Source of the DNA: the human T2T-CHM13v2.0 reference genome, Homo sapiens
Assembly (NCBI RefSeq): GCF_009914755.1
Contig: NC_060928.1
Length of the DNA stretch: 64,000 nt
Direction: 5' to 3' (one strand)
Numbering within the stretch: the stretch's first letter is position 1; each line of letters begins with the position of its first letter. Position numbers and translations under genes: made by a program. Shown here one piece after another: positions 26,391 to 41,470 of the stretch. The notes under the pieces are model-generated. The model had not been told where the DNA came from. It did no database searches and was given only the letters and a program-made list of their open reading frames with translations.

Positions 26391-28205
26391 TCTCTTACAT
26401 TTCAGTTTTAAAGGTAAGATAATTTAATGATGGAAGGAGGGGCTTCAAGATGGCTGACTAGAGGCATCTGATACTTGCCTCCTCTATGAAAAGGAAGCAA
26501 AAAAGTGATTAGATAGTCACATTTCAAATAGATTCCCTAAGAGAAAACACAGGAATTCAACAGAGAAGTGACAGGAAACACGTAACACAAAGGAGAGAGA
26601 AGTGAGTCAGCCTGCTCAGCTGCAACTGGCTAGAATCTCAGGGAGGCTGCCTAATGTGAGGTAAGGGTAAGTGAGTGACTCCTAGTGGTCCACATTCCCA
26701 CTGCAGACTGTTGTAATCCTAGCCATGGGAGAGCCCCTTCATCCACACAGGCCCTGAAACTAATATAGGGAGCTACCTGGAGATCTTGCAAAAGCATCGC
26801 TCCAGAAAAGAACTCACACTGAGTCCTACACACTCCTCAAGTCCTAAGAAGCTACAGAAAGGCATCATTTTGAGAGTCCAACCACCAACAGACTGCATCT
26901 TGTCTTAAGGCTCAACACCCCTTTATCTTCTTATCCCTGGAGCCCTATTGACATCCTCCACTTGCAACCAGGTTCCACAGCTGGCTGCTACTGCCAGGTC
27001 CAAAGTGTGAGCCATTGGCAGCAATCCCACCATCTTCAGGAATGAAGTCACTTCATATTTGCAAGTCCCTTGTGGACAAGCTACCCTGCCAACAGCCACC
27101 AACTGGAACCAAAGCAGATGCTCCCCAGTTAACTGTTTATGGCTGATATGACTGAAAGCAACCTTGCCTTCACCAGAAGAAAGTCCACAGCACGGCTGGT
27201 GCTACCCCCACACAAGCATTCTACCAAAGGCCTGGGAACCTTTGCCTACCACAGCCAGTACCCAGACACACCACTAGGGATGCCTGAGGACAGGCACACA
27301 CAGCATGGCTCCTCCCAACATCCAGTGCCCAGCCACACCATCTGAGAGCCTGGGTGGGGATGGCTCAGCCCCATCCACCACCACTAGCAACTGAGCATTC
27401 CTCCCGGGAATCTGACGGCAAGCCCACTCAACCTGCCACTCTCACCAGAGCTGGCACTCACCTGCACATACTACCTGTGGGCCTGAGGACTGGCCTGCCC
27501 AGCCTATTGCAGCCACCACCAACGTTAGCATGGATCATATGGGAGTAAAAATGTTGTTCCACCACTGCTACTGTCATTGTCCATGCCACATCTGCTGCCC
27601 AGGGACCGACCCAAAGACCCACTCACCTGTCAGCCCACTGCTCTCACTGCCAGCACCTAAGCAAACTGTATGGAGGCCCAAGAATTGACCCACATGGACC
27701 TGCTAACAGTGGTGCTGGCTTATGCTGCCCTGGCGCCCAAAGACAGGCATGGTCAGTCTGCCACTGCCACCACTGGGGCCCCACTGTCAGGCCCACCTGA
27801 CATTCCTGTCTGCAGAAAAACTTCACCACAGTCTCCACTAACAACTGCACCTTAGGCCACTGAGGAAATCACAGAAATTACCGATGCTATTTATAGCCAA
27901 AGAACTCATATGGCTACTCCACTACTGCACACACCCAGAATCAAAGCCATAGTACCCTATCCAACCAACACCATGAATGTATCTTAGGGAAATTCTTCCC
28001 CTAGGAAGGCAAATTCAAAAAATTCGAAGAAGTGACTGTTACACAAGATGCACAGATATCAACATAAGGATACGAGAAACATGGAAAGTCAGGGAAAGAT
28101 ACCTCGAAGGGAACACAATTCACCACAGCAGATTCAAATCAAAGAGAAATTTATAAAACCCTAGGAAAAGAATTCAAAATATTGTTATTTTAAAAGTTCA
28201 GTTAG

Positions 28206-28463
28206 GGCTGGGCGTAGTGGCTCGCACCTGTAATCTCAGCACTTTGGGAGGCAGAGGTGGGCAGATCACGAGGTCGGGAGTTCAAGGTCAGCCTGGGCAA
28301 CACGGTGAAACTCCGTCTCTACTAAAAATACAAAAAATTAGCCAGGTATGGTGGTGCACGCCTGTAGTCCCAGCTACTCAGGAGGCTGAGGCAGAAGAAT
28401 CACTTGAATCCAGGAGGCAGAGGTTGCAGTGAGCCGAGATAGTGCCACTGTACACAGACTCCA
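28206..28463 (+). mobile_element. AluSg-like lacking its own A tail, fused to L1PA 3' end
   Basis: GGCTGGGCGTAGTGGCTC...GCCACTGTACACAGACTCCA, directly followed by L1 sequence. Confidence 0.9.
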
Positions 28464-29111
28464 GAGAGGATGTGGAGAAATAGGAACACTTTTACACTGT
28501 TGGTGGGACTGTAAACTAGTTCAACCATTGTGGAAGACAGTGTGGCGATTCCTCAAGGATCTAGAACTAGAAATAACATTTGACCCAGCCATCCCATTAC
28601 TGGGTATACACCCAAAGGATGATAAATCATGCTGCTATAAAGACATATGCACATGTATGTTTATTGTGGCACTATTCACAATAGCAAAGACTTGGAATCA
28701 ACCCAAATGTCCATCAATGATAGACTGGATTAAGAAAATGTGGCACATATACACCATGGAATACTATGCAGCCATAAAAAAGGATGAGTTCATGTCCTTT
28801 GTAGGGACATGGATGAAGCTGGAAGCCATCGTTCTCAGCAAACTATCTCAAGGACAAAAAACCAAACACTGCATGTTCTCACTCGTAGGTGGGAATTGAA
28901 CAATGAGAACACTTGGACACAGGAAGGGGAACATCACACACTGGGGCCTGTCATGGGGTCAGGGGTGGGGGATAGCATTAGGAGATATACCTAATGTAAA
29001 TGACAAATTAATGGGTGCAGCACACCAACATGGTGCATGTATACATATGTAACAAACTTGCACGTTACGCACATGTACCCTAGAACTTAAAGTATAATTA
29101 AAAAAAAAAAA
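28464..29111 (+). mobile_element. L1PA4/5-like 3' fragment (ORF2 C-terminus, 3' UTR, poly A)
   Basis: Open frame CGEIGTLLHCWWDCKLVQPLWK...KTKHCMFSLVGGN* ends at the natural ORF2 stop (28899). The 3' UTR ends CCCTAGAACTTAAAGTATAATT-A12. Confidence 0.93.
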
Positions 29112-30440
29112 TCTCAGTTAGATACAAGAAAATACTGAAAGAAAACACAAAGAAATAACAAAAGCAATTTAGAATATGAATGATAAATTTACCAAACAGA
29201 TAAATATCATAAAAAGAACCAACAGAAATTCTGGAACTGAAGAATTCATTGAATAAAATACAAAATACATTCAAAATTTCAATAATAAATTATAATTTTT
29301 CTCAAGCAGAAGAAAAATTCCATAACTTGAAAAAAAGTCATTTGAAAAAACCCAAACAAAAATAATTTTAAAAGAATTTAAAAGAATGAACAAAACCTAC
29401 ATGACATATGAGACTATACAATGACCAAATATTTGAATTTTCAGTGTCTCAGAAGGGAAATAAAATATAACAGGGATAGAAAACCTTCTTAAGTAAGTAA
29501 TACATGAAAACATCCCAAGCTTAGCAAGAAATATAGACATCCAGATACAGGAAGCTCAGAGATTCTCAAATAGATACAATTCAAAAAGGTCTTCTCCCCA
29601 GCACATTATGATTAACTTGTCAAAAGTCAAAGAAAAAGAACGATTTCTAAACAAAGCAAAAGAAAAGTGTCTAGTCACTTATAAGGTAATGAATACCCCA
29701 TCAGACTACTAGCAGATTTCTCAGCAGAACTCTTACAGGCCAGGAGAGAACGGAATGACATATTCAAATTCCTGAAAGAAAAAAAAAATGCTACCCAAGG
29801 ATATTAGACTCAGCAAAGGTATTCTTCATAAATGAAAGAAAAATAAAGTCTTTCTCAGATAAGCAAAAGCAGAGGGAATTCATCATCATTAAAGTAGCCC
29901 TATAAGAAATGTTTAAGGCCCCCATATGAGGATGCAAAAGGACAATATGTACCTTCATGGAAATACATGAAAATATAAAATTCACTGGTGGAGCAAACAC
30001 ACAGTAAGAAAGAGAATAGATGAATAGACTCATATGTTACCACTATAAACCACCACCAAATTACAATGATAAACAATAAAAAGAAAGAAAGGAACAGCAG
30101 ATATACAAAAGAACCAGAAATCCAATAATAAAATGACAAAAATAAGCCCTCACATATCAATAATAACCAAGAATGTAAATGAACTAAACATTCTAGTTAA
30201 AAGATATAAACTGGCTTAATAATAATAATTATAAACATGGCCCAACTATATGCTGCCTACAGGAACGCATCTCATCTGTAAAGACACATATAGACTGAAA
30301 ATAAAGGGATAGAAAAATATATTCCATGCAAACGAAAATCTAAAGGAAGTACAAGTAGCTGTATATATATCAGATAAGACAGACTAAGTCAGAAAAAGTA
30401 AAATATGACAAAGAAGTTTATTATATAATGATAAAGAAAT

Positions 30441-30745
30441 GGCCGGGCGCGGTGGCTCACGCCTGTAATCCCAGCACTTTGGGAGGCCGAGGCGGGCGGA
30501 TCACGAGGTCAGGAGATCGAGACCATCCTGGCTAACACGGTGAAACCCCGTCTCTACTAAAAATACAAAAAATTAGCCGGGCGAGGTGGCGGGCGCCTGT
30601 AGTCCCAGCTACTCGGGAGGCTGAGGCAGGAGAATGGCGTGAACCCCAGGGGGCGGAGGCTGCAGTGAGCCGAGATTGCGCCACTGCACTCCAGCCTGGG
30701 CGACAGCGAGACTCCGTCTCAAAAAAAAAAAAAAAAAAAAAAAAA
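30441..30745 (+). mobile_element. Very young AluY (AluYe5-like)
   Basis: CpGs almost all intact. Diagnostics GGGCGAGGTGGCGGGCG, GAACCCCAGGGGGCGGAG and GACAGCGAGAC. Pure A25 tail and perfect 14-bp TSD AATGATAAAGAAAT. Confidence 0.95.
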
Positions 30746-33269
30746 TGATAAAGAAATTAATGCAGCAAGAGCATTTAATAATTATAAACATACGCACCCA
30801 ACATTGGAGCAACCAGAAATTTGGGGCAAATATTATTAGATCTAAAGGAAAAGATAGACTCTAGTACAGTAATAATAGGGGACTTTAGCACCTCATTCCC
30901 AGTATTAGGTAGATCATCTAGAAGGAAAATTACCACAGAAACTTTGAATTTAAGTTACTTATTAGAACAAATGAACCTAACAGACATTTACAGAACATTT
31001 CATCCAACAGCTACAGAATGCACATTCTTCTCATAATCACATGGAACATTCTCCAGGACAGATCATAAGTTAGAATGCAAAACAAGTCTCAAATTTTTAA
31101 AAATATAAATCTGTTAAGTATTTTCTCATACAACAATGAAAAATAACTAGAATCAGTAACAGAAGGAATGTTGGAAACTGTACAAATAAATGGAAATTAG
31201 ACAATGTGCTTCCTAAATGACCATTGGGTCAAGGAAGAAATTAAGAAGGAAATTAAAAAGTTTATTGAAAAAAATGAAAATTGAAACACAACATATCAAA
31301 ACTTATGGGATATAACAAAAGCAATTTTAAGAGGGAAGTTTATACCAAAACGTGCCTACAACAAAAAGTAGAACATTTTCAGATAAACAATCTACAAATG
31401 CACCTCAGGGAACTACAAAAGCAGGATAAGCCCAAACCAAAACTAGTAGAAAAATTAATAAAAATTAGAGCAGAACTAAAGGATGTAGATATTTAAAAAA
31501 ATTTTAAATATCAATGAAATAAAAATTTGGTTTTTTGAAAAGATATGCAAAATCAATGAACTACTAGATAGTCTAACCAAAAAAAAAAAAAAAAGGAAGA
31601 AGAAGATTCAATTAAACAACATCAGTAGTGGAAAAAGTCGTAACAACTGACAGCACAGAAATACAAAAGATTATCAGAGATTATTATTGACAACTGTACA
31701 CTAACAAACTGGAAATGGATAAATATCTGGACATATACAATCTACCAAGAGATTGAATCAAAAAGAAATAGAAAACATGAACAGACAATAACAAGTAATA
31801 AGACTGAATCAGTAATAAAAAACCTCTTAACAAAGAAAAGTCCAAGACTAGATGGCTTTACTGCCAATTCTAACAAACTTTCAAAGAAGAACTTTCATCA
31901 ATCCTCCTAAACTATTCCATAAAATTGAAGAGGAAGGATTTCTCTCTAACTCATATTATGAGGTCAGCATTACTCTGACACCAACAGACAAGGATGCAAC
32001 AAAAAAGAAAACTAGAGGCCAATATCCCTGATGAAGATAGATACAAATATCCTCAACCAAATACAACAGCAATCCAATGATAATGTACCATGACCAAGTC
32101 GGATTTATGTCAGCAATGCAAAGACGATTCAACATATGCAAATAAGTAAATGCTGTACATCACATCAACAGAATGAAGGACAAAAACCATATGATTATCA
32201 ATAGGTGCAGAAAAAGTATTTTATGAAATTCAGCATCCTTTAATGGAAAAAAATTCTCAAAAAAGTAGGCATAGAACAAATATACTCAACATAATAAAGG
32301 CATATACGACTATCCCACAGCTAAAATCACACTGAATTTGGAAAAGCTGAAAGCCTTTCCTCTAAGAACTGGAACAAGACAGGGAGGCCCACTTTCACCA
32401 CTCATATTCAACATAGTATTGGAAATTCTAGCCAGAGAAATCAGGCAAGAGAAAGAAATAAAAGACATCCAAATTAGAAAAGAGGAAGTCAATTTGTCCC
32501 TCTTTGCAGACAGTATGATCTTATATGTAGAAAAACCTGAAGACTCTACCAAAAGAACTATTAGAACTGATAAACAAATTCATTGAAGTTGCAGGAAACA
32601 AAATCAACATGCAAAAATGAGTAGTGTTTCTATACACCAATAATGAGCTAGCAGGGAAAGAAATTAAGAAGACAATCCCATTTACAATAGCTATTAAAAA
32701 AAAACTAGAAAGTAATTAAGAAGACAATCCTATTTACAATAGCTATTTAAAAATTTAGAAATAAATATTGATCCAAAGTAGTAAAAAACCTCTACAAGGA
32801 AAACTACAAAACACTGCTGAAAGAAATTGAGGAGGACACAAACAAATGGAAAGCCATTCCATGTCCATGGATCAGAAGAATTAATATAATTAAAATTACC
32901 CTACTACCCAAACAACTATACGAATTCAATGCAATATTTATAAAGATATTAATATTATTTTACACAGAAATAGAAGAAATAACCCTAACATTTGTATGGA
33001 AGAAAACAGTGCACAAATAGCCAATCGAATACCGAGCAAAAAGAGCAAAGCTGGAGGAATCACACTACCTGATTTCAAAATATAGTATAGTAACAAAAAC
33101 AGCATGATATTGGTATAAAAACAAACACATAAACCAATGGAACAGAATAGAGAATCCAGAAGTTCACCCACATATTTAGACAACTGATTTTCGACAAGGG
33201 AAACAAGAATATACATTGGGGAAAGGACATCCTTTTAAACAAAGGGTGCTGAGAAAATTAAAACTCCAC

Positions 33270-33611
<342 letters not shown>

Positions 33612-33704
33612 CTATCTCTTACCATATATAGAAATCAACACAAGATGGATTTAAAATTTAAATGTGAGATCTGAAACTGTAAAACTACTAGAAGAAAACA
33701 TAGA

Positions 33705-34032
<328 letters not shown>

Positions 34033-36477
34033 TTAGTCTAAGCAAAGATTTTATGGTTAAGACCTCAAAAACACAGTCAACAAAACCAAAAATAAATAGG
34101 ACTAGATTAATCTACAAAGTTTCTCCACAGCCAAGGAAACAATCAACAGAATGTAGAGACAACATGTTGAATGGGAGAAAATATTTGCAAATTCTTTATC
34201 AGACAAGGTACTAACATCCACAATATACAAGGAACTCAAACAACTCAACAGTAAAGAAACAAATAATCTCATTAAAAAGTGGGCAAAGGACATGAATAGC
34301 TATTTCTCAAGAGAAGGCCCACAAAATGCCAACAGGTGTATAAAAAATCCTCAACATTAGTGATCATCAGGAAAATGCAAATCAGAACCACAAAGGCAAA
34401 AAACAACAAATGTTGGCAAGGATGCAGAGCAAGGGGAACACTTATACAGCGCTGGAGGGAGTGTAAATTAGTACAGCCACTCTTAAAAACAGCATAGAGA
34501 TTTCTCAAAAAACTAAAAATAGAACTACCGTATGATTCAACAATACTGCTATTGGGTACTTATCCAATGTAAATAAATCATTACATAAAAGCAATACCTG
34601 TACTCCCATGTTTATTGCAGCACTATTCACAATAGCAAAGATATGGAAACAAATGGAAAAAACCTAAGTGTCTATCAATAGACAAATGGATAAAGAAAAT
34701 GTGATATATGCACACATTGGAATGCTACTTGGCCATAAAAACAAGAATAAAATCATGCAATTTGCAGCAACATGGATGGAACTGGAGGTCATTAGGTTAA
34801 GTGAAATAAATCAGGCACAGCAAGACCAATATTGCATGTTCTTACTAGTATATGAAAGTTAAAGTATTTGATCTCATGGAGTTAGGGAGTAGAATGATAG
34901 CTACTAGAGGCTGGGAAGGGCGTGTGGGTTGGGGGAAGGGGGATGAAGAGAAAATGGTTAATGAGTGACAAACACACAGATAGAAGGAGTAAGTTCTAGT
35001 GTTTGGTAGCAGAGTAGGGTGATTATAGTTAATAATGTATTATATATTTCAAAATAGCTAAAAGAGTGGACTTGAAATGTTCTCAACGCGTAGAAAATGA
35101 TAAATGATACTATCCTAAATACTCTGACTTGATTATTATACAGTCTATGCTTGTAACTAAATATCACATGAACCCCATAAATATGTCCAAATATTATGTA
35201 ATAATTTAAGAAAAGATAATGATTATCCAAAACCAAAGTCCTTATGTCAGTGACTTTAGTTTTTGTATCCCATTGATTTATTGTCATAGTCCTATTATTT
35301 AAGGCATTATGACTAAGGGTATTCATTTATCTGCTACCCATTCCATTTAAAGAAAAGACAAATTCCACAATATCTTTTTGCATCAGATCTAACCAAATAT
35401 CTTTATTCCCACTTAGTCCTCTACCATTACATTTCCAACAGAGGGCAGAATAGATTGGTATCTGAAATGAAAGAAAAAATTTATATTTCCATAAATGACC
35501 CATTAAAAGGTACATTTGTGCTAATAAGCAGCTGTGTGATCTCAGGTTTATGATAGAGAGATTACATGAGTCTAAAAAATAAGTTTAGATCTCCAAGACC
35601 AACTAATCATTTCCATTAATTACAATAATCCAGAAGAATCTTTAGACAGGCCAGGATCATATAATTCTACAGTTAGAAGTGATCCTATTGGACATTTGGT
35701 TCAGCCATTTCATTTGCAGCAGCAAATACAGGGGGTCACTTTGTGTCACATGTGAGACCAAATTCACATCTTCTTGATCAAAGATTACCATAATTTTCTC
35801 TACTATTCTGCTTGTTTTAACTATCTGTTGTACTCAATTTATGGCTATGCTAATACAATGTGGTGGAAAAGTTCATTTTTATCTGGTTATGTTGAGTGAA
35901 CGAGGATACATCTGGGAAGCTCCCAGATATAACTTATTTTTAATGTATAATCTTAAAAGTCCAATTTTGTATCTACGACTTCTAGCTTGATATCTCTTCC
36001 ATTTCTTCATTGCTATTTTCTAAGACTATAATTTGCATGCTATATGTTATGACTCTTTTTCATATTGACTTTTATTTTGTAGTTTTACCATCTTTAATTC
36101 ATTGTTATTATTGGTTTATCTTGAACAGTATTTACAATGACAATTTGTTAAACTCCTCCAGATTTGTTGGCATGATTTTTCTATCCTTTTCCAACTAAAT
36201 ATTATTGAAGAAGACATCTAATAACCTTTTCCCTGATTATATTTTTCTCAGTTGGTTATATAGCCCTCTATCATTACCTTTCAGTTTATAGCAATTCATT
36301 CACATCCAAACTAAAGGACTGCCAAGTAAAATTATACAAATAAAATTTCACATAAAAATAAACTTAGTAAATAATATGTGCCTGTTACTAATATATCTTT
36401 CTATTTTTAAAGTAATTCTAGATTGTATGAGATCAGAGCATGGTGGCATCAATTAAAATGTTTTAATTCATTGCCTA

Positions 36478-36575
36478 CTTAATCACTTTACAATGTATGC
36501 ATATATCAGGACATCACATTGTACTTCTTAAATATACCATTTTTATTTGTCCAGTATACTTCAATAAAGCTGGAG
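36478..36575 (+). mobile_element. Old L1M 3'-terminal fragment
   Basis: ATCACTTTACAATGTATGCATATATCAGGACATCACATTGTAC...ACTTCAATAAAGCTGG. Confidence 0.7.
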
Positions 36576-37277
36576 TAGCAGAATTTCAACCCATCCCTCC
36601 AAAACCCTTTATCCTGCTGTATATTTGTTAATGAATGTATCACCTTCTAAGATAGTATATTTGTTCTTATTTTTTTGTGACTGGCTTACTGATTTTCTTT
36701 CTTTTAATTTTTTGGCTTAAATGTAAGCTCCATGGAGGCAGCGCTCTTTACCTAAATTTTTGACTAATGTATTTTATGTGGCTAGGATAGGGATCTACTT
36801 TGTTAAATGATTTGATTATGTTTATTGACCACTATGTTTAAGGGACTGGGCTTAGCTGATAAATGAAAAAGAAGGTGGAAGCCTGAATATATATAGTTTT
36901 AAAATGCATTTGATAAGCTTAGCCTCTATAGTAGCACTTCAGGAAAACATCAGCAACAGAATCAGGTGTGGATCCCTTTGTTTTCAAATGTATTGAAGAG
37001 GATTTGTAATATAATCTGCATCAAGTAAAGAATCAACATTTCTTGATAATGAGAATAAAATTAACCGAGAAACAGGATTATCTTACAGAGAAAACAAACC
37101 CACAGTGTACAATATTAGATTTTTTAATGCCCCTGTGGGGAAGAAGTGGTCTTCTCCAGTTGGATCACCTGGATGTCCCTTCCCTCTCCCCAGATAAGAT
37201 CACTCCTCTCCCCAGATAGGCGCCAAAATCTGTCAGAGCTGGAAGCATTTTTAATCCATGGCTTATTCTGGAGCATG

Positions 37278-37400
37278 AATTCATTCATTCATCTATTCAT
37301 TCATTTGACCAATTTTTATTAATTCTTATCTATGTGTTGGGAAATATTCTAGGCTTTGGAGATACAGTAGTGAAGAAAACATACTAAAATTACTACTCTA
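37278..37400 (-). mobile_element. L2 3' end
   Basis: (ATTC)n tail followed by TATGTGTTGGGAAATATTCTAGGCTTTGGAGATACAGTAGTGAA. Confidence 0.75.
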
Positions 37401-39034
37401 TAATATACAAGACACAAGAGCAAATATGTGACTTAATAATTTGCAAAACTGGGGAAAATTATTTTGGAAAGAGGGAGATGGGACTAGAGAAGACCGAAAA
37501 GCCCTGAAAAAAAAAAGAAAAGAAAATTTAGATAAAAAGAGAAGAGATAAAATTGGGAAAGAGAAATTATCCCATGGTAAATCCCTGGAAGCTTAGGTGT
37601 CATTCATATGGGACTCCCTTTAAAGTTTTAGGCAGGAATATTAATATGTGAGTTATCAAGTCAATAACTCATCTCCATTTTGCATAGTTCAAATTTATCC
37701 CTGGAAATCAAAACAGCTTTCAGGGATTGCAAAAGCCAATCCATTAAGTAGAAAATGAAACACAACATGGTATGGAAAGTTTGTGGTAAACCCTTTTGTT
37801 CACCGTGATTATACCTTTAAAAGCATTAAAATTCAAGGAAGTCTAGGAACAGTATTAGCCGCATTTAAAGCATGCTATGTTAATGCAAATGTTCATACTG
37901 CAACCTCTGGTTTAGTATTCTCAGATGTGAGCAAGCTTATGTTTCTGTATAATTAGCTGCCTACCTGATACTTGAAACAGCAAAGTATAATAGAGCCTCC
38001 CTCATCCCATACCAATAGGCAATATCAGACACACTTTCATCTGGGATAGGAAAAAACAGCATAGGGAACTACTTTGTTATAAAAACAAAGCTAAACAAAT
38101 AGTATAGTTATCACATACTCATCCCATAACTACCACTACCTTGTCACTTTGTTTCATAAAATACCCAGAAATACCATCCTGCAGAACAAAAGAAAAGACT
38201 CTATGAAATTAGTTTAACTTAAATCTATCAAATTAGAACATCTTAACAGGCAAGTTAGTCAAGCTCCTAACCAAAGCAGGAAACTGTCTGTCATTATCCT
38301 TTCCAGGTAGTTATGTGACAATTCACAACTTTGGGCCTCACAAGTCAGACAAATCTAGCTTGAAAACTTTATATTGCTAACATCTTTCTCAGGTTGAGCT
38401 CCAATTTCTCAACCTGAAGCTTCCACACTTTGCTCCAAAATTCTCTCAGTTTCTTTGAAACCACATCAAATAAATCTAACCTATCTCCTATAAGAAAGAG
38501 CTTCAAATAGGTCACATGTTATACTCTTTCTCCTAATCCCTTCCACATCTACAAGAATCATCTTCCCTAACTCAAATATTCTTCATTCTGTGGATGCTTA
38601 CTCATCTGATTTTAACCTGTAAGTGTCCAGTGTTCAACAAACAGATTTGGATTTGTTAATTTCAGTTTCTGATCCCATATTATAGATTTGAGTTTCATTT
38701 TTTACATCTAAGTGCTAGATTTATTTATTCCTATTGATTTTATCACATTTAGAATGAGAAATACTCCCACATTTTTTAGTATTTCATTTTAAATACTGCT
38801 TTTATCATCAAGTAATTTAGCTACAGCAGCAGTTTTTGCAGCACCGATAGGTTTTCATCTGTCTTTTTTGTATTTTTAAGCTGTTGATAACATGCTGAAT
38901 AAGAAAAGGCAATAACCGAGGAAATAGACTAATCATACCACTAGAAATCTTTCATTCTGATTAGCAAAGACACATTACTCTTTCTAAGTAAGCTGTTAAA
39001 ACTTGGAAAGACAAAATCTTGTATTTATGTATTA

Positions 39035-39446
<412 letters not shown>

Positions 39447-40401
39447 TGAAGGAGTTCATTCATGCTGCCATTGGTTAAGCAGAAAATTAAATAAATAACT
39501 GCCCCTGTCACGGTCAGTGCTATCATCTAGAAATATATAAGACTGCATTTCATTTAGAATCTTATTAGGCCTCACATAATAAAAATTTGACTATAATGGT
39601 TAAGGTTAGTTTCTGTTCTGTTTTGTTTTACATATAGTAAGTATAGTGGAAGTCAGTTGCTAGATTCATTCATCATATTAATGATAACAGAGACCAGATA
39701 TTTATGATTAACTTGTAATTTCCATTATGCTCACAAGGCTACTCGAGCAGCCCTAGCCATTATGTCTGTGTTCAATGGTGGGAGAATGGATGAGAAAATG
39801 GAAGATTTCTGCTTCAAGACAACCAACATTTTCCCCATATCAAAATTTGGTTTGTGTCTCATTGGTGAGAACCCTGTCTTGTGGCCATGACTGCATAGAG
39901 GTATTAAGAAAGAAAGGGGTTGAAGTAGGGGATGGCTGAGTTTGATAACAGTGCCTGCCAAATTATAGGAATATGAGGTGTGGGACCCAACTCCACCTGA
40001 ACGAGAGGTAGGGGTTAGAGAATACCTCATAGAGTTGCTGAACTGAAACATGAAAAAATAAATGGAAAATTTGCAGGTGCGTTTTAGACAAGGATGAGAT
40101 CAGTACTATTATTATAGCAGAAAAAGTAACAATATTTACCAATGCAGAAATATCTGAGAGGCAATGCTGTGTTCATATAAGCAAATATGACAGAGTGCAG
40201 GGTGGAAGCCTATGTTTTCCTCCTTTCTAATTTTGCATATGACATGTTTTTTTCAGATTTAATGTGAGTCATGGAGACTGAATTGCCCTTGGTCCCAGCC
40301 CTAGCACATCCTGTGTTATGGCTACATTCTCTGTCAGATCTTTTTCCAACTTCTGTCCAATGTTCATAATTTCCCATTCCTGGTATGCTCTCTTTTAATT
40401 A

Positions 40402-40878
<477 letters not shown>

Positions 40879-40959
40879 AATAGCTTCTTGATGAAGACAG
40901 ATTTACTAACAAACCTATGAAAGTAATCTTCAATGAGACATACTTTGCCAAATATTGAT

Positions 40960-41470
40960 TATGGTAGTCAGAATTCTAAGATGATCCCCATGATCTCCAT
41001 CATTTAGTGCTACACTCTGCATAATCTCCTCCCCTTGAGTGTGGGAAGAACCTGTGACTTGCTTCTAGCTACTTGAATATAGCAAATATAATAATAGAAT
41101 AATATCTATCCCTTAGTTAGGTTTTATTATAAAGTTAGTGAGATGTCACTTTCATGATCACATTATGTCATATAAAATTATTTTTTAGCAGATTGGTATG
41201 AAAGACTGATCTGCTGCCCTTGAGGAAGCAAACAGCAATATTGGAGTTACCAAGGGAGAGGACCATGTAGCAGATAATTACAGACAGCTTCCAGGAGTTG
41301 ACAGCAGCCTCCAACTGACAGTTGACAGAAAGCCAGGGCCCTTAATCATACAGCTACATGAAAATAAATTCTACCAATAACCTAAATGAGCACAGTAACG
41401 GATTTTTTCCCCAGACAAGCCTCCAGATGAAAACACAGCCCGGTGATCCCTTGAGTACAATCTTGTGAAT
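40960..41470 (+). mobile_element. MLT1F-like MaLR LTR
   Basis: TATGGTAGTCAGAATTCTAAGATGATCCCCATGA...CCCCTTGAGTGTGGGAAGAACCTGTGACTTGCTTCTA...AAGCCTCCAGATGAAAACACAGCC. Confidence 0.8.

Noticed and set aside
38390-38990. Possible L3/CR1 relic, plus possible MIR3 (about 35650-35800) and old MLT1 pieces (about 39680-39960, 60170-60640)
   Set aside because: Too diverged to assign or bound by eye. A profile-HMM search is needed.
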